Below, piece after piece: positions 45,501 to 55,970 of a stretch of DNA of 64,000 nucleotides; position 1 is the stretch's first letter; each line of letters starts with the position of its first letter. Under the pieces are notes generated by a model, which was given only the letters and a program-made list of their open reading frames with translations, was not told the DNA's origin and did not search any database. Both the position numbers and the translations under genes were made by a program. The stretch covers positions 96,001-160,000 of the forward strand of contig CAXTYC010000004.1 in assembly GCA_964248365.1 (NCBI GenBank), in the 5' to 3' direction. The stretch comes from an uncultured Chroococcidiopsis sp. (GTDB lineage Bacteria; Cyanobacteriota; Cyanobacteriia; Cyanobacteriales; Chroococcidiopsidaceae).

Positions 45501-45921
45501 AATTTTTCCTTAACTATGGAGAGGTAATTGCTAGTTGGTAGTTGGTAATTGGTAGGGGCGCTCTTTAAACGAGTTGTCTGAAGGTTCACAAGTATGTCTG
45601 ATAAACCCGCGCGTACGGTAGTTGGTAGCTGCTTTTTAATTTGTGAATTCAAAAATGAAGTTCACCACAGCAGGTCATTCATTAGCGATAGAATAGCTGC
45701 AAAGTCAATCTTTACTGATGTCATCAAAAACAGAGTTTTTTCTCTATTTCTTTTGATGCCATTAGAGGCAATTATTCGGAAAGCTATGATAATTAAACTT
45801 GCCCAAGGATAAGTTCTTTTAACAATTAGAAACCAGATTTGGGTAACTTTGCACGGCATGACTAAACTACTCGTTATGGTAATTGGTAATTGGTAAAGAG
45901 TAATTGGTAACTGGTAACTGG

Positions 45922-46257
45922 TTATTTGTCATTAGTAATGCTGAATTCTTCTATGTGGCGTTGTCGCATCAGCAGAAATAAAGGCAGTGCGAGAGAAATA
46001 CCAGCCAGCACGTAGCTTGCAATATAAACCCACAGATTTTTCATCTTCAGGCGCGAACCTTCCAAAAATACAAAAATCCAAAGAGCTAGCGACGAGATAA
46101 TGAAATCTAGACCAAAGGCGGCAGAAATTCTGTTAGCAAACAACTGCTCAAAGAAAAGCTTTACATCTAATCCGTTTTCTATTAAAAACGGCAAGAATTG
46201 CGAGTAAGGTAAAACAGTACCCAGGATGCAGAGAATCAAGTATGTGATTTGAAGCAT
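45922..46257 (-). CDS. DUF2834 family membrane protein
   Basis: YLILCILGTVLPY..FFEQLFANRISAAFGLD..GISLALPLFLLMR. Confidence 0.85.
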   Translation of the reverse strand: MLQITYLILCILGTVLPYSQFLPFLIENGLDVKLFFEQLFANRISAAFGLDFIISSLALWIFVFLEGSRLKMKNLWVYIASYVLAGISLALPLFLLMRQRHIEEFSITNDK

Positions 46258-46306
46258 GGTTTTTTCCTTATATCAAACATTCGTTATAAAATAAGTGAGC
46301 AAAAAT

Positions 46307-47473
46307 TTACAGCTTAATTGCTGTTTGTACTTGCAAGTTAGTCAATCGGGCAACTTGCTTGCTGTCTTCAGGATTGAGACGAATTTTCACTTCAATTACA
46401 CGGCGATCCATGTTTTCCCCTGGTTGATTGCTGAAGACGTTTTGGCGGTTGACTTGCAATCCAATTTGTGATAGAGTTCCTTGTAGTTGCCCCGCAAATG
46501 CCTGACTGGTAACTACTGCTTGTTGTCCCAGCCGAACTTTGCTAATGTCAGTTTGATAAACCTCTGCTACGGCTACCATTTGGCTAGTTTGTCCCAAGTC
46601 TGCAATGCCCTCGTCACCGATCTTTTCTCCAATCCTGGTATGAATCTTGAGAATTCGCCCCGCCATTGGTGCTTTGATATAAGCTCGGTGTAAGTTGGTT
46701 TGTGCTTGTCTTTGGGCTGCTGTTGCATTATCTACCTCGGTTTGAGCCGCCTTTATATCGGTGGGACGCACTTCGACAATGCGGCTTAGAGTGGCTTTGG
46801 CTTCTCCTAGTTCGGCGATGAGGGTTTCTTTGGTGCGATTTTGTGCGGCGATCGCTTCCCTTAGTTGTGCCTTGCTAGTTTCGGCACTCAGGCGCTTACT
46901 ATCCAAAAGGGAGGCAGAAATAGCACCACTTTGATACAATTTATCAAAACGCTTATACTCAGCATCAGCGTTGCGAACTTCTGACTGCCAACGGGCAATA
47001 GCGGCGTTTTGTGTGGCAATTTCTCCTGTCATCTGTGCTTGGAGTCGCCGAATTGTTGCTTGTTGTGCCTGAATTTCTCCGGTTTTCGCTCCGGCTTTGA
47101 CTTGTGCTAATCGAGCTTGGGCAACTCTAACTTGCGCCCCCGCTTGATCTAGGGCATCTTTGAGGCGATCGCCTTCGTCCATTATTGCCACAACTTGCCC
47201 TTGTTTAACTGCATCTCCTTGTTTAACAAGTAGTTTCGCTACGCGATCGCCATCTAAACTTAGAGGTGCTGACAAGCGAATTACTTCTGCCTCTGGTTCC
47301 AATCGTCCTAAAGCTGTCACTTTTTTGACTGGGGGTGGTGTAGTTACAGGCTGGCGTGTATGCTGGGGAATTTGAGAAATGCCATAATAGGCGATCGCAC
47401 CTGTAATCGCACTAGCACTAACAAATAAACCTATCAGCCTTCTATTTGATGGTTTTGAGATAAATTCCATCAT
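46307..47473 (-). CDS. devB: DevB-family membrane fusion protein
   Basis: VTALGRLEPE, coiled coil, IKAPMAG, AEVYQTD, DRRVIEVKI, TNLQV. Confidence 0.9.
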   Translation of the reverse strand: MMEFISKPSNRRLIGLFVSASAITGAIAYYGISQIPQHTRQPVTTPPPVKKVTALGRLEPEAEVIRLSAPLSLDGDRVAKLLVKQGDAVKQGQVVAIMDEGDRLKDALDQAGAQVRVAQARLAQVKAGAKTGEIQAQQATIRRLQAQMTGEIATQNAAIARWQSEVRNADAEYKRFDKLYQSGAISASLLDSKRLSAETSKAQLREAIAAQNRTKETLIAELGEAKATLSRIVEVRPTDIKAAQTEVDNATAAQRQAQTNLHRAYIKAPMAGRILKIHTRIGEKIGDEGIADLGQTSQMVAVAEVYQTDISKVRLGQQAVVTSQAFAGQLQGTLSQIGLQVNRQNVFSNQPGENMDRRVIEVKIRLNPEDSKQVARLTNLQVQTAIKL

Positions 47474-47646
47474 ATTTCCTCATACCATTTTAGATTTTGG
47501 AGCCACTTGTGGGGGAAGGGTTTCCCTTGGTGAGCAAAGTGGCGTAATTTTCGATTGGAGAACTCTTGTTTTGTAAACTATCTCAGCCCTTTATCTGTTG
47601 CAACTATAAATTCATTCGGTCTCAGTTAAAAATAGGAACCAGACAA

Positions 47647-48252
47647 CTAGTAAGTCGCCTTACTTGTGTACTTAGTCAGCTTTATAGGCTGTTGCTCCAT
47701 AAAAGTAGTTAGCATTTTGCCTAGCAAGGTTGCTTGTTCTACGTAAGAAACTGTTTGATCTCCATACAGTCGCCTTAAAAGCAAGCCATAAATCAAGTTA
47801 AAGACAAAATCAACGATCGTATCTGTAATCTGCAAATAGTCTGCGATCGCCTGCATAGTCTGCTCATCCGCTTGTTTTAGCGCCTCGCTATATAAATCTT
47901 TATTCCAGTTCTGCTGTTGACAAAACTCAATCCAAAGTAGACATTGTTTCAGAAAGTAGTCTTCATTCTTGGCAACAAAATTGAACACGATGTCAATCCG
48001 TTCTACCAGTGTAGGGGGATTTTCCGCCTCAGCCAAAAAATGCATGATGTCTTGCTGCGACTGCTCTTGTACCAATTGACAAAATAGCGCTTCTTTGCTA
48101 TTGAAGTAGTGGTATAGTGTTCCCGTAGAAACTCCTAACCCCTGAGCCAGTTGTCGCATAGTTAGTGAACTGTAGCCTTTTTGAGCAAACAGGTCAAAAC
48201 TCTTCATCAGCAACTCTTTGCGGTACTGGTCGTGGTTAACAATCTTGGGCAT
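47647..48252 (-). CDS. TetR/AcrR family regulator
   Basis: FAQKGYSSLTMRQLAQGLGVSTGTLYHYFNSKEALF. Confidence 0.94.
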   Translation of the reverse strand: MPKIVNHDQYRKELLMKSFDLFAQKGYSSLTMRQLAQGLGVSTGTLYHYFNSKEALFCQLVQEQSQQDIMHFLAEAENPPTLVERIDIVFNFVAKNEDYFLKQCLLWIEFCQQQNWNKDLYSEALKQADEQTMQAIADYLQITDTIVDFVFNLIYGLLLRRLYGDQTVSYVEQATLLGKMLTTFMEQQPIKLTKYTSKATY

Positions 48253-48264
48253 CTACACACTCAA

Positions 48265-48319
48265 TTTATATCGAACGATTGATATAAAATATTAAAACAA
48301 ACGTTCGATATAAAGTCAA
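48265..48319 (-). promoter_or_regulatory. Putative TetR operator overlapping a sigma70-type promoter
   Basis: 13-bp inverted repeat TTTATATCGAACG/CGTTCGATATAAA; minus-strand TTGACT-N17-TTTAAT. Confidence 0.65.
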
Positions 48320-48378
48320 CTAGGTAATTCGTAATTAAAAAGCAGTTATCAACTACTAACTACCGTAAGAGCAGAATT

Positions 48379-49152
48379 TCATGCAAATGCGCTCGATCCT
48401 AGATCTGGGGGGACATCTTGTAGCCTTCCTTGTCCGATCGCCTGCAAAGCAGCTTTGAGAGTAATATCACCAGTATATAAAGCACGACCAACAATTACAC
48501 CTGTAACGCCCAATGGTTCAAGTGCTAGCAGACTAAGAAGATCTGTTACAGAACTCACACCACCAGAAGCAATTACGGGAATTGATAATTCTGTTGCAAG
48601 TTCTCGCAGTGCTTCTAAATTTGGTCCCGAAAGAGTGCCATCACGATGAATATCTGTGTATATAATGGCGGCAGCTCCGAGTTGTTGCATTTGCCCTGCT
48701 AAAGCAGTTGCCAAAACCTCTGATGTTTCCAGCCAACCTCTGGTCGCTACTTTGCCATTACGGGCATCAATACCAACAATAATTTGCTGGGGGAATTCTT
48801 GACATAGATCGGCTACTAACTGAGGTTGTTCTACAGCAACAGTTCCCAGAATCACCCGTTGTACACCTAGATTTAGAAGTTCGGCAACACTGGTGCGATC
48901 GCGCAATCCTCCACCAACCTGAATTGGCACTGATACGGCTTGTAAGATTGATTCAATTGCCTTGTGGTTGACTACTTTACCCGTTTTTGCACCATCGAGA
49001 TCGACTACGTGTAGCAAGCTTGCTCCTTGTTCCACCCAAGAGCTTGCCATATCAGCCGGATTGTCATTAAAGACTTGCGATCTGAGATAATCTCCCTGAT
49101 ACAACCGCACACACCGACCTTCGAGTAAATCTATCGCTGGTATGATATCCAT
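48379..49152 (-). CDS. hisA: ProFAR isomerase
   Basis: [46 protein letters not shown]. Confidence 0.97.
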   Translation of the reverse strand: MDIIPAIDLLEGRCVRLYQGDYLRSQVFNDNPADMASSWVEQGASLLHVVDLDGAKTGKVVNHKAIESILQAVSVPIQVGGGLRDRTSVAELLNLGVQRVILGTVAVEQPQLVADLCQEFPQQIIVGIDARNGKVATRGWLETSEVLATALAGQMQQLGAAAIIYTDIHRDGTLSGPNLEALRELATELSIPVIASGGVSSVTDLLSLLALEPLGVTGVIVGRALYTGDITLKAALQAIGQGRLQDVPPDLGSSAFA

Positions 49153-49339
49153 AAAAGTGAGTAGTGAGTAGTGAGTAGTGAGCAGATAGGAGACTCCAAG
49201 TCAGAAGTCAGGAGTGGTGAAGTCAGGAGTTGTGAATACGGCATTAATGATTCTTCCCCTCTCCCACTCTCCCCCTTGCCCCCTTATCCCCAGAGGGGAA
49301 GATCGAGTTCCCCCTCCTCTTTCCCCAGCAAAAGCGCCC

Positions 49340-49684
49340 CTAGCCCCTAGCCTCTTTGATTGCTTGTCTAAAGCCGAGAACAATCAAAATATTGGTAAGT
49401 GTCAAGAAAAACTCAGCTCCTCCGTGCAGCCAATCAACATTAGCCAGAGACGTACCATAATGTACTTGGGCATAAATGCCAGCGGGGATGGTGACGGCGA
49501 CAAAAACTAAAGTGCCGTAGAAGCCAATCAAAGCTAAACGCGGCATTTGTTGAGAGCGTGTGATAAACCACAAGAAACCCAAATAGGGAAAGAGCGATAA
49601 GGCAAAAAGGGCATCTTTGGAAGGACGGACGGCGAAAGCCAATGCCAACAGTTGCGGTAGGGTGAAGGATGTAGGATCAATCAT
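49340..49684 (-). CDS. DUF3593 family membrane protein
   Basis: LFALSLFPYLGFL...LANVDWLHGGAEFFLTLTN. Confidence 0.88.
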   Translation of the reverse strand: MIDPTSFTLPQLLALAFAVRPSKDALFALSLFPYLGFLWFITRSQQMPRLALIGFYGTLVFVAVTIPAGIYAQVHYGTSLANVDWLHGGAEFFLTLTNILIVLGFRQAIKEARG

Positions 49685-49697
49685 GATTACGTTTTTA

Positions 49698-50063
49698 TCA
49701 TGCCTTTTGCCTTAAGCTTGAAGTCAATGCAGTTTGTCGATCTTCTGTTTGATCTGACCGCTTCTGGTTGCCTTTCGATGAGCGCCAGAGCAACATGGCT
49801 GCGGCTAAAAGAGTGAAGTTACCAATCAGCGTCATTGTTGCTTGGAGTGTTACCAGCCATTCTAGAGATGTAGGATTGTCAAAAAAGTGCCAAGTACAGG
49901 CACACATAGCGCTAACTAAAGCTGGAAGCATTGCTAGGGAAAATGCCCACCAAGCTCGGTTCTGAGTGACTTCGCCATAAGTCCAGATTAGCCAAATGGC
50001 AATACCCCACTCAATCACACTAGAAACATGAATAATCCAGGTAGGAATCGAAAGTGCGTGCAT
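49698..50063 (-). CDS. DUF2499 / Ycf49-like protein
   Basis: MHALSIPTWIIHVSSVIEW...SAMCACTWHFFDN. Confidence 0.9.
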   Translation of the reverse strand: MHALSIPTWIIHVSSVIEWGIAIWLIWTYGEVTQNRAWWAFSLAMLPALVSAMCACTWHFFDNPTSLEWLVTLQATMTLIGNFTLLAAAMLLWRSSKGNQKRSDQTEDRQTALTSSLRQKA

Positions 50064-50064
50064 A

Positions 50065-50215
50065 AGGAGGGGCTGGGGGCTAGGGGCTAGGAGAGAGGGA
50101 GAGGGGGAGAGTGGGAGAAAAGGAGAATCATTAATCTGTGAATTCTGAATTCTGACTTCTGAATTCTGACTTCTGAATTCTGAGTTCTGTCTTCTGTCTT
50201 CTGTCTTCTGAATTG
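50065..50215. repeat. STRR tract
   Basis: GGGGCTA, TGAATTC/TGACTTC and TGTCTTC heptamers. Confidence 0.8.
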
Positions 50216-50317
50216 GGCGCTTTTGAATTCGGAATGTTTTATTATGTTAGTCCTAAAGTCAGTTAATATACAGCAAATCTGTTGAGAAATGATCGAAGCG
50301 GGGCTGACGGAGCAAGC

Positions 50318-51379
50318 ATGGCAAGAAAAATCCGAGCTGTTTTGTGCGGCTACTACGGAAAAGGCAATGGTGGGGACGAGGCTTTATTAGCAACGCTATT
50401 GCAAATGCTGCCAGATCATGTAACTCCTGTAGTTTTATCTGGTAATCCAGCAGAAACACAGCAACGTTATCTCGTCGAGACGTGCGATCGCATGAATTTT
50501 TCTTCTATTCTAAAAACACTGCGTCAGTCAGATGCATTCATTTGGGGTGGAGGCAGTTTAATTCAAGATGCCACAAGTGCCATTAGCCCATTATATTATG
50601 GGGGTTTGATGACATTGGCGCAGCAGCAGGGGCTAAAAACCATTGCTTGGGCGCAGGGAATTGGACCAATCAAGCGATCTTGGACGCGCCAGCTAGCGCG
50701 CAGAACATTTTCAGGTTGCACTGCTGTAAGTGTACGCGATCGCGCTAGTGCTGCAATGGTTTGTGATTGGCAAATTCCTTATATTTTGGCTCCCGATCCG
50801 GTATGGGCATTAGAGGCGACGGCTGTGCATGGGTTGTGGGATTTACCTGCACCGAGAGTTGCTGTAACATTGCGATCCCATCCCTCACTAACAGCTGATC
50901 GTCTTGCCAACTTCACCCGCGCTTTGATTGACTTTCAAAGGGCTACCCAAACCTGCATTTTACTGTTACCATTTCAGTTATCGCAAGACGAAGCGATCGC
51001 CCAAGCAATTCAACCCCAACTACCTGGGGCAAACAAAATTCTCCATCTTGAAGATCCAAAAGCCTTAAAAGGTGTGTTTCGTGGTGTAGAAATGGCAATT
51101 GGGATGCGGTTGCACAGTTTAATCATGGCTGCATCCGAAGGCTGTCGCTGTTTTGCCATCAGTTACGATCCCAAAGTAAACCAGTTGATGACAGAATTGG
51201 CAATGCCTGGATGGAATCTAGCCGAGCTACCAGACGATCCTAACTTAATGAGTCAGACATGGTTAGAGCATTACGCCAACGGCTTTCCTTTGACACCAGA
51301 ACAAATCCTGTCTTTAGTAGATCGCGCCCTAATGCACCGCGACTTACTACACGAAGCCCTGTCTAAGTATAGAAATTAG
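50318..51379 (+). CDS. csaB: Polysaccharide pyruvyl transferase
   Basis: GYYGKGNGGDEA, GGGSLIQD, AQGIGP, SVRD, GMRLHS, SYDPKV. Confidence 0.94.
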   Translation: MARKIRAVLCGYYGKGNGGDEALLATLLQMLPDHVTPVVLSGNPAETQQRYLVETCDRMNFSSILKTLRQSDAFIWGGGSLIQDATSAISPLYYGGLMTLAQQQGLKTIAWAQGIGPIKRSWTRQLARRTFSGCTAVSVRDRASAAMVCDWQIPYILAPDPVWALEATAVHGLWDLPAPRVAVTLRSHPSLTADRLANFTRALIDFQRATQTCILLLPFQLSQDEAIAQAIQPQLPGANKILHLEDPKALKGVFRGVEMAIGMRLHSLIMAASEGCRCFAISYDPKVNQLMTELAMPGWNLAELPDDPNLMSQTWLEHYANGFPLTPEQILSLVDRALMHRDLLHEALSKYRN

Positions 51380-51559
51380 CTATTAGCTTTTTTCAAGGGA
51401 TTATAGCTCAACAACTAACCCTTGTAAACTTGTCCTAATCTTAATGCGTCTTGCTATAATTCGTAATTAATAGACTTGTTACATAAGGAGCGCAGCGCGG
51501 TAATTTTTGCGTCCGAATGATCGCGGCTTTGCGTCTTTGCGAGAAACAAAAAGTCGAGT

Positions 51560-52255
51560 TTATCCAGCTCGATGGCTAAGTAATTGTAAAATGACAAGAC
51601 TTAGAGTTATAGCTACTGTCACACCAGTAACAGTGGTAAAGTTACGAACCAATTGCAACTGTCGTTCCACTTCTTGCAGATTTGATTGAGTCAAGCGCAA
51701 TTGAGTTTCCAACATTTCCTGTTTTTCAAAATGTTGGGCATTAAATCCAGCTTCCTCCAGTTGTTGCACAAAGGCTTCGAGTTCAATATTCAATTTAGCA
51801 TCAATAATTTTATTTAAGAAACTTTGAGTTGCTTCGTTTGTTGTCCATTCTTGCCAAAAACCAGACAGCCGAAGCGCCACCTCTTCCCTAATCTCACTGA
51901 CTTGTTTAGCTAGTTGGGCATTGTAATTACTCAAGTGAATATCTGCTCTACCTAGTTCATCCTGTAAATGAGCAAGATCATCCTTTAATTTTCTCGTTTT
52001 TGAGTTAATAACTGTTTCTATTTCTGCCAAGCATTGATTAACAAATACTTTAAACTCGGTGAGTTCTTCTCGATTAGCCTTGACTTCTTTGAGGTGTTTG
52101 TAAGTATGCCCTAACTCTTCAAACTGTGGCGGAATTTTAGCTAAAGCTTCGAGAACTGTGAACAATTGCCTCAGATGGTTACGTAGATCCGCCAGTTCCT
52201 GCTCGATATACTCTAGCTCATTTAAATTCTTTTCCATGAAGATTGTATTGTTCAA
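51560..52255 (-). CDS. Coiled-coil protein with C-terminal TM anchor; last gene of the chemosensory operon
   Basis: Heptad-rich; C-terminal VTGVTVAITLSLVILQLL; overlaps or abuts the upstream gene (alternative ATG at 52237). Confidence 0.75.
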   Translation of the reverse strand: MNNTIFMEKNLNELEYIEQELADLRNHLRQLFTVLEALAKIPPQFEELGHTYKHLKEVKANREELTEFKVFVNQCLAEIETVINSKTRKLKDDLAHLQDELGRADIHLSNYNAQLAKQVSEIREEVALRLSGFWQEWTTNEATQSFLNKIIDAKLNIELEAFVQQLEEAGFNAQHFEKQEMLETQLRLTQSNLQEVERQLQLVRNFTTVTGVTVAITLSLVILQLLSHRAG

Positions 52256-53271
52256 ACTTTGAGTAAATTAGCAAAATTATGTAAACTTTGTTGCACCCAT
52301 TCGACCTTTTCACCTAATGCAACGTAGCTGTTCCCCACTTCCCGCATAGCTCTGATCTGTTTTAACACAAGCAGGCTACGATATTGTCTCGAAGTTGTCC
52401 CAAATCTGTTATCAGCTTCTTGTAGCAAGAAAGACAATCCTGATTCGTTATTCCAAGGAGCATCAACCAGAGTCAGCCAACTAAAAGCTTCTACTGCATT
52501 GTACGTTACCGCCTCTTGGTAAAACAAAAGTAGCCCTTGGGGTGACAATCCCTGCTCGATTCCCTCACAGAAGCCTCTTTTGAGATAATCAAGGGCGCGT
52601 TGCTGATTTTCTGGAGTACTGTCGATGTTAGACAACGCGCCAGCTAAATATAGTGCAGCTAAATTATTTTGGTTTTCTTTGAGCAGACTATTAAGATAAG
52701 CTAACAATTCAACGATCGCTTTTTGCTCGATAGCCTGGCGAATTACTTCTTTTAGTGCCTTTGGTTCAAAGTTTTTTAGCCCACGTATCACCTCCAGTTT
52801 CAATGGTTCAGAAACAGTTAATTGGGGTAAGAGTGCGACAGAATCAATTTCCACAGATGTAATTCTAGAATTAATTTTTTCTAGCAGCCCAGGTCCAATT
52901 TGAGAATATCCTTTATAAACCAAGCGAATCGCCCCAATCAGTTCTTCGGCGGGAGTATCTTTGAGTAGATAGCCTTTTGCACCCGCACGTAGAGCAGCAG
53001 CTAGAAACTTCTCATCGTCATAACTGCTCAAAACCAAAATTTTTGTGTCAGGAAAGCGCTCACAGATAATCCGCGTTGCTGTTACTCCATCCATTCCAGG
53101 CATTCGGATATCGATTAGCACAACATCAGGATGATGGGCTTCTACTAGCTCAATGCCAGATTGTCCATCGCTAGCGCTACCCACTATTTGGATACTTGAG
53201 TCTAGCTCTAGCAAAGCCGTTAGTGCTTGACGGATGAGTTTTTGATCGTCTACTAGCAATATCCGAATCAT
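52252..53271 (-). CDS. Response regulator: NarL-type receiver plus uncharacterised helical (TPR-like) output domain
   Basis: ILLVDD, VLIDIRMPGMDG, GYLLKD; no LuxR HTH; ATGA overlap with cheA. Confidence 0.85.
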   Translation of the reverse strand: MIRILLVDDQKLIRQALTALLELDSSIQIVGSASDGQSGIELVEAHHPDVVLIDIRMPGMDGVTATRIICERFPDTKILVLSSYDDEKFLAAALRAGAKGYLLKDTPAEELIGAIRLVYKGYSQIGPGLLEKINSRITSVEIDSVALLPQLTVSEPLKLEVIRGLKNFEPKALKEVIRQAIEQKAIVELLAYLNSLLKENQNNLAALYLAGALSNIDSTPENQQRALDYLKRGFCEGIEQGLSPQGLLLFYQEAVTYNAVEAFSWLTLVDAPWNNESGLSFLLQEADNRFGTTSRQYRSLLVLKQIRAMREVGNSYVALGEKVEWVQQSLHNFANLLKV

Positions 53272-55781
53272 ACAGCAACTTGAGGTATTAAAAGTGCGAT
53301 CGCACTTAGCAATTCATCTGCCTGGAAGGGTTTGGTAAAATAGTCTGTTGCTCCCAGATTGCTAGCTGTTTGCCGATGCTGGGGATTTTCCCGCGAAGTC
53401 AATATCATAACTGGGAGATTGTGCCAACGGGGACTGTGGCGAATTTCTTTGAGTAACTCGAACCCATCCATTTGGGGCATCTCAATATCAGAGATTACCA
53501 AATCAAATTGTTCGGTGGGAGAGGATAGTAACTCCCAGGCTTCTTTACCATCGCGGCATTGTACTACTTGATACCCTGCATGGGTGAGAATGCGCTCTAA
53601 TATACGGCGAAATGCGATCGCATCATCTACGATCAAGATATGAGCTTTCCACTCAGAAGCCAACACACTTGTTTTGCTTGTCTGCTCCCCACCAACAACA
53701 TGGGTAAGCAACGAGCCAAAATGCTCTGGTGACAGTACTGGCACTACCTCACCTGTACCCAATACAGCTCCACCTAGAATGTATGCAGGTACTTTTACGG
53801 TAGGATCAAAAGGTTTAAGCAGCAGTTCCCGTTCTCCTAAAACAGAATTTACTGCTAGCACTATAACCATCTCATCAACTTCTAGCACTACGCCCATCGA
53901 ACAGTTGAGTTGAACCAATGGGGGGATGATTCCCCGCTGGCGATAAGGAAGTAAATGAATTAAAGAATACAGCATCGCTGTGCGATCGCGCCATTCGATC
54001 CTACTATCGTGGGTCAGAGCCTTGCCCTCGTCGGATAAAGCAATCACTTCTTTCACCTTTGGAGCAGGAATTGCCAAAGTCTGTTGTTGACACTTGCACA
54101 GCAACAATGGTAATATATTCAGAGTTAAAGGCATAGTGAGCGTAAAAGTGGTTCCTTGTCCCTGGTTGGTTTGAATTGCCACTTTTCCGCGCAGCCTTTC
54201 TACTTGCAATCGCACAATATCCAGCCCCAAACCCCTACCAGAAAAAGAAGTAACCTTAGTAGCAGTAGAAAATCCAGGGTGAAACAGCAATTCTAGAATT
54301 TGCGGCGGGGTGATGTCTGGTGATTGATCATCACATAATCCTAGCTCAATGGCTCTTTGATGGATTGCTTGAATATCGATGCCGCGTCCATCGTCTGCGA
54401 GGGTGACTCGAATGTGATTGCCGACAATACTAGCACCCAGAGTAATTTGGGCAATTGGTGATTTACCTTGTGCAAGTCTTTCTTCTGGTGTTTCAATGCC
54501 GTGAGCGAAGGCATTGCGAAAAAGATGGAGCAAAGGGATTTTTAATTGTTCGAGAATCACGCGATCGATCAGCGTTTCCTTGCCGACAATCACTAACTCT
54601 ACACTCTTGTTATATCGCTGGCTAAAACTTTGTTGCGCTGCGACAAATTGCCCTGCTAAAAGCCCAAATTGCACGAGTAGCGCTTCTGTCACATCAGAGC
54701 GCAAGTCGTCAAGTTGATGACGTAACTGAACTAGTGCTTCTCGAAATTCATCATTGAGCAGCTCTACATCAGATCTTACTTCCTGCACCTGCACGATTAG
54801 TTCTTGCAAATCTTGCAGTGTGCTATGTATTTTGGTAGCATCCGCACAAGAGGATGATTGTAACCGATCTGAGCTTGATAAACGAGGCTCAGATGTGGTA
54901 GAAGTGTTTACGGCTGGTGTAATTGCTAGATTGTCGTAGATAGCTTGCACTTCCTCACTAAGAGGGTTGAGTCGAGCAGCTCGTTGTTTGAGAGTGCGAT
55001 CAACACGCCCCAGTTGTTCTTGATACAACGATAGGCGTTCGTAACTGATGAAGAGTTCGCCAATCGTATTGTTAATTTGATCAAGTCTAGAAACTGGTAT
55101 CCGCAAATTTAAATTACGCACGAGTTGATCTGCGGTATCCTGTGGAGTGGGTGGCGAGTCGGGAGGCGAGAGGTTTTTCTCTGCCTGATCCACGCCAGTT
55201 TGCCCCTGCGGGGGAACCCCCGCACCTTTCTGGCTCCCCTGCTCCGTGCTGACTTTCTGTAAGGGTAAGGCATTGCCTTGCCCCTCCTGTGTGCGCGTGT
55301 GGGCGTTCGCCCCTACGACGTGGAACTCCTCTGCTAAGGGCAAATTTTGCAGAAAACTCTCTATTTCTGTCAACGTGGGTAAGAGAGTTGTTTGTGCCGC
55401 TACATGATCGAATGCTTCTGTGTGAGTGCTGGTAGCAGCAGCAATTAGAGTAGTAATTTGCTCAACACTTACAGATAACAATTCAAAAGCACAATTCGGC
55501 TCTGGTACACGTTTTTGCTGGAGGGCAAGCAATAAATCTTCTAGCTTGTGTGCTAGGCGAGAGAGTGTTAAAAATTGTGCTATGCCTGCCCCACCTTTGA
55601 GCGAGTGAGCTGCCCGCATTAAGGCTGTATACTCAGAAGACTCCCCAGTGGTAGGATCTGTTGCCCGTAACTGACGAATCCCCGCATCGAGAATTGATAA
55701 ATGGTCTGGGGCATCTTCGTATAAGAAGCAAGTGCGTATTTCTTGAGTAATTGCCTCTAGGCTTGCAGCATCTAGCACCAT
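53268..55781 (-). CDS. cheA: CheA-like hybrid histidine kinase (HPt-dimer-HATPase-CheW-REC)
   Basis: AAHSLKG HPt, HLFRNAFAHG, DDGRG, FHPGFST, GRGLGLD, CheW domain, C-terminal receiver. Confidence 0.93.
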   Translation of the reverse strand: MVLDAASLEAITQEIRTCFLYEDAPDHLSILDAGIRQLRATDPTTGESSEYTALMRAAHSLKGGAGIAQFLTLSRLAHKLEDLLLALQQKRVPEPNCAFELLSVSVEQITTLIAAATSTHTEAFDHVAAQTTLLPTLTEIESFLQNLPLAEEFHVVGANAHTRTQEGQGNALPLQKVSTEQGSQKGAGVPPQGQTGVDQAEKNLSPPDSPPTPQDTADQLVRNLNLRIPVSRLDQINNTIGELFISYERLSLYQEQLGRVDRTLKQRAARLNPLSEEVQAIYDNLAITPAVNTSTTSEPRLSSSDRLQSSSCADATKIHSTLQDLQELIVQVQEVRSDVELLNDEFREALVQLRHQLDDLRSDVTEALLVQFGLLAGQFVAAQQSFSQRYNKSVELVIVGKETLIDRVILEQLKIPLLHLFRNAFAHGIETPEERLAQGKSPIAQITLGASIVGNHIRVTLADDGRGIDIQAIHQRAIELGLCDDQSPDITPPQILELLFHPGFSTATKVTSFSGRGLGLDIVRLQVERLRGKVAIQTNQGQGTTFTLTMPLTLNILPLLLCKCQQQTLAIPAPKVKEVIALSDEGKALTHDSRIEWRDRTAMLYSLIHLLPYRQRGIIPPLVQLNCSMGVVLEVDEMVIVLAVNSVLGERELLLKPFDPTVKVPAYILGGAVLGTGEVVPVLSPEHFGSLLTHVVGGEQTSKTSVLASEWKAHILIVDDAIAFRRILERILTHAGYQVVQCRDGKEAWELLSSPTEQFDLVISDIEMPQMDGFELLKEIRHSPRWHNLPVMILTSRENPQHRQTASNLGATDYFTKPFQADELLSAIALLIPQVAV

Positions 55782-55970
55782 AGGTAGGGAGTAGGGGAAA
55801 GGGGAGAGGGGGAGAGTGGGAGAGGGGGAGAGGGGGAACTCGATCTTCCCCTCTGGGGATAAGGGGGCAAGGGGGAGAGGGGGAGAGGGACAAGATGGAC
55901 AAGATGGGGAGAAATCCCCCTATCACCTCACCATCCCATCCCCTCATTCCTCACCCCTAGCCCCTAGCCC

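Noticed and set aside
45594..45859. Small ORFs between DUF2834 and devC
   Set aside because: No recognisable motif and flanked by REP/STRR sequence; possibly a relic but unsupported.
49201..49510. ORFs 49201-49383, 49214-49510 and 55633-55947 sharing the peptide PPCPLIPRGEDRVPP
   Set aside because: The shared peptide is only the translation of the 44-bp dispersed DNA repeat, not a protein family.
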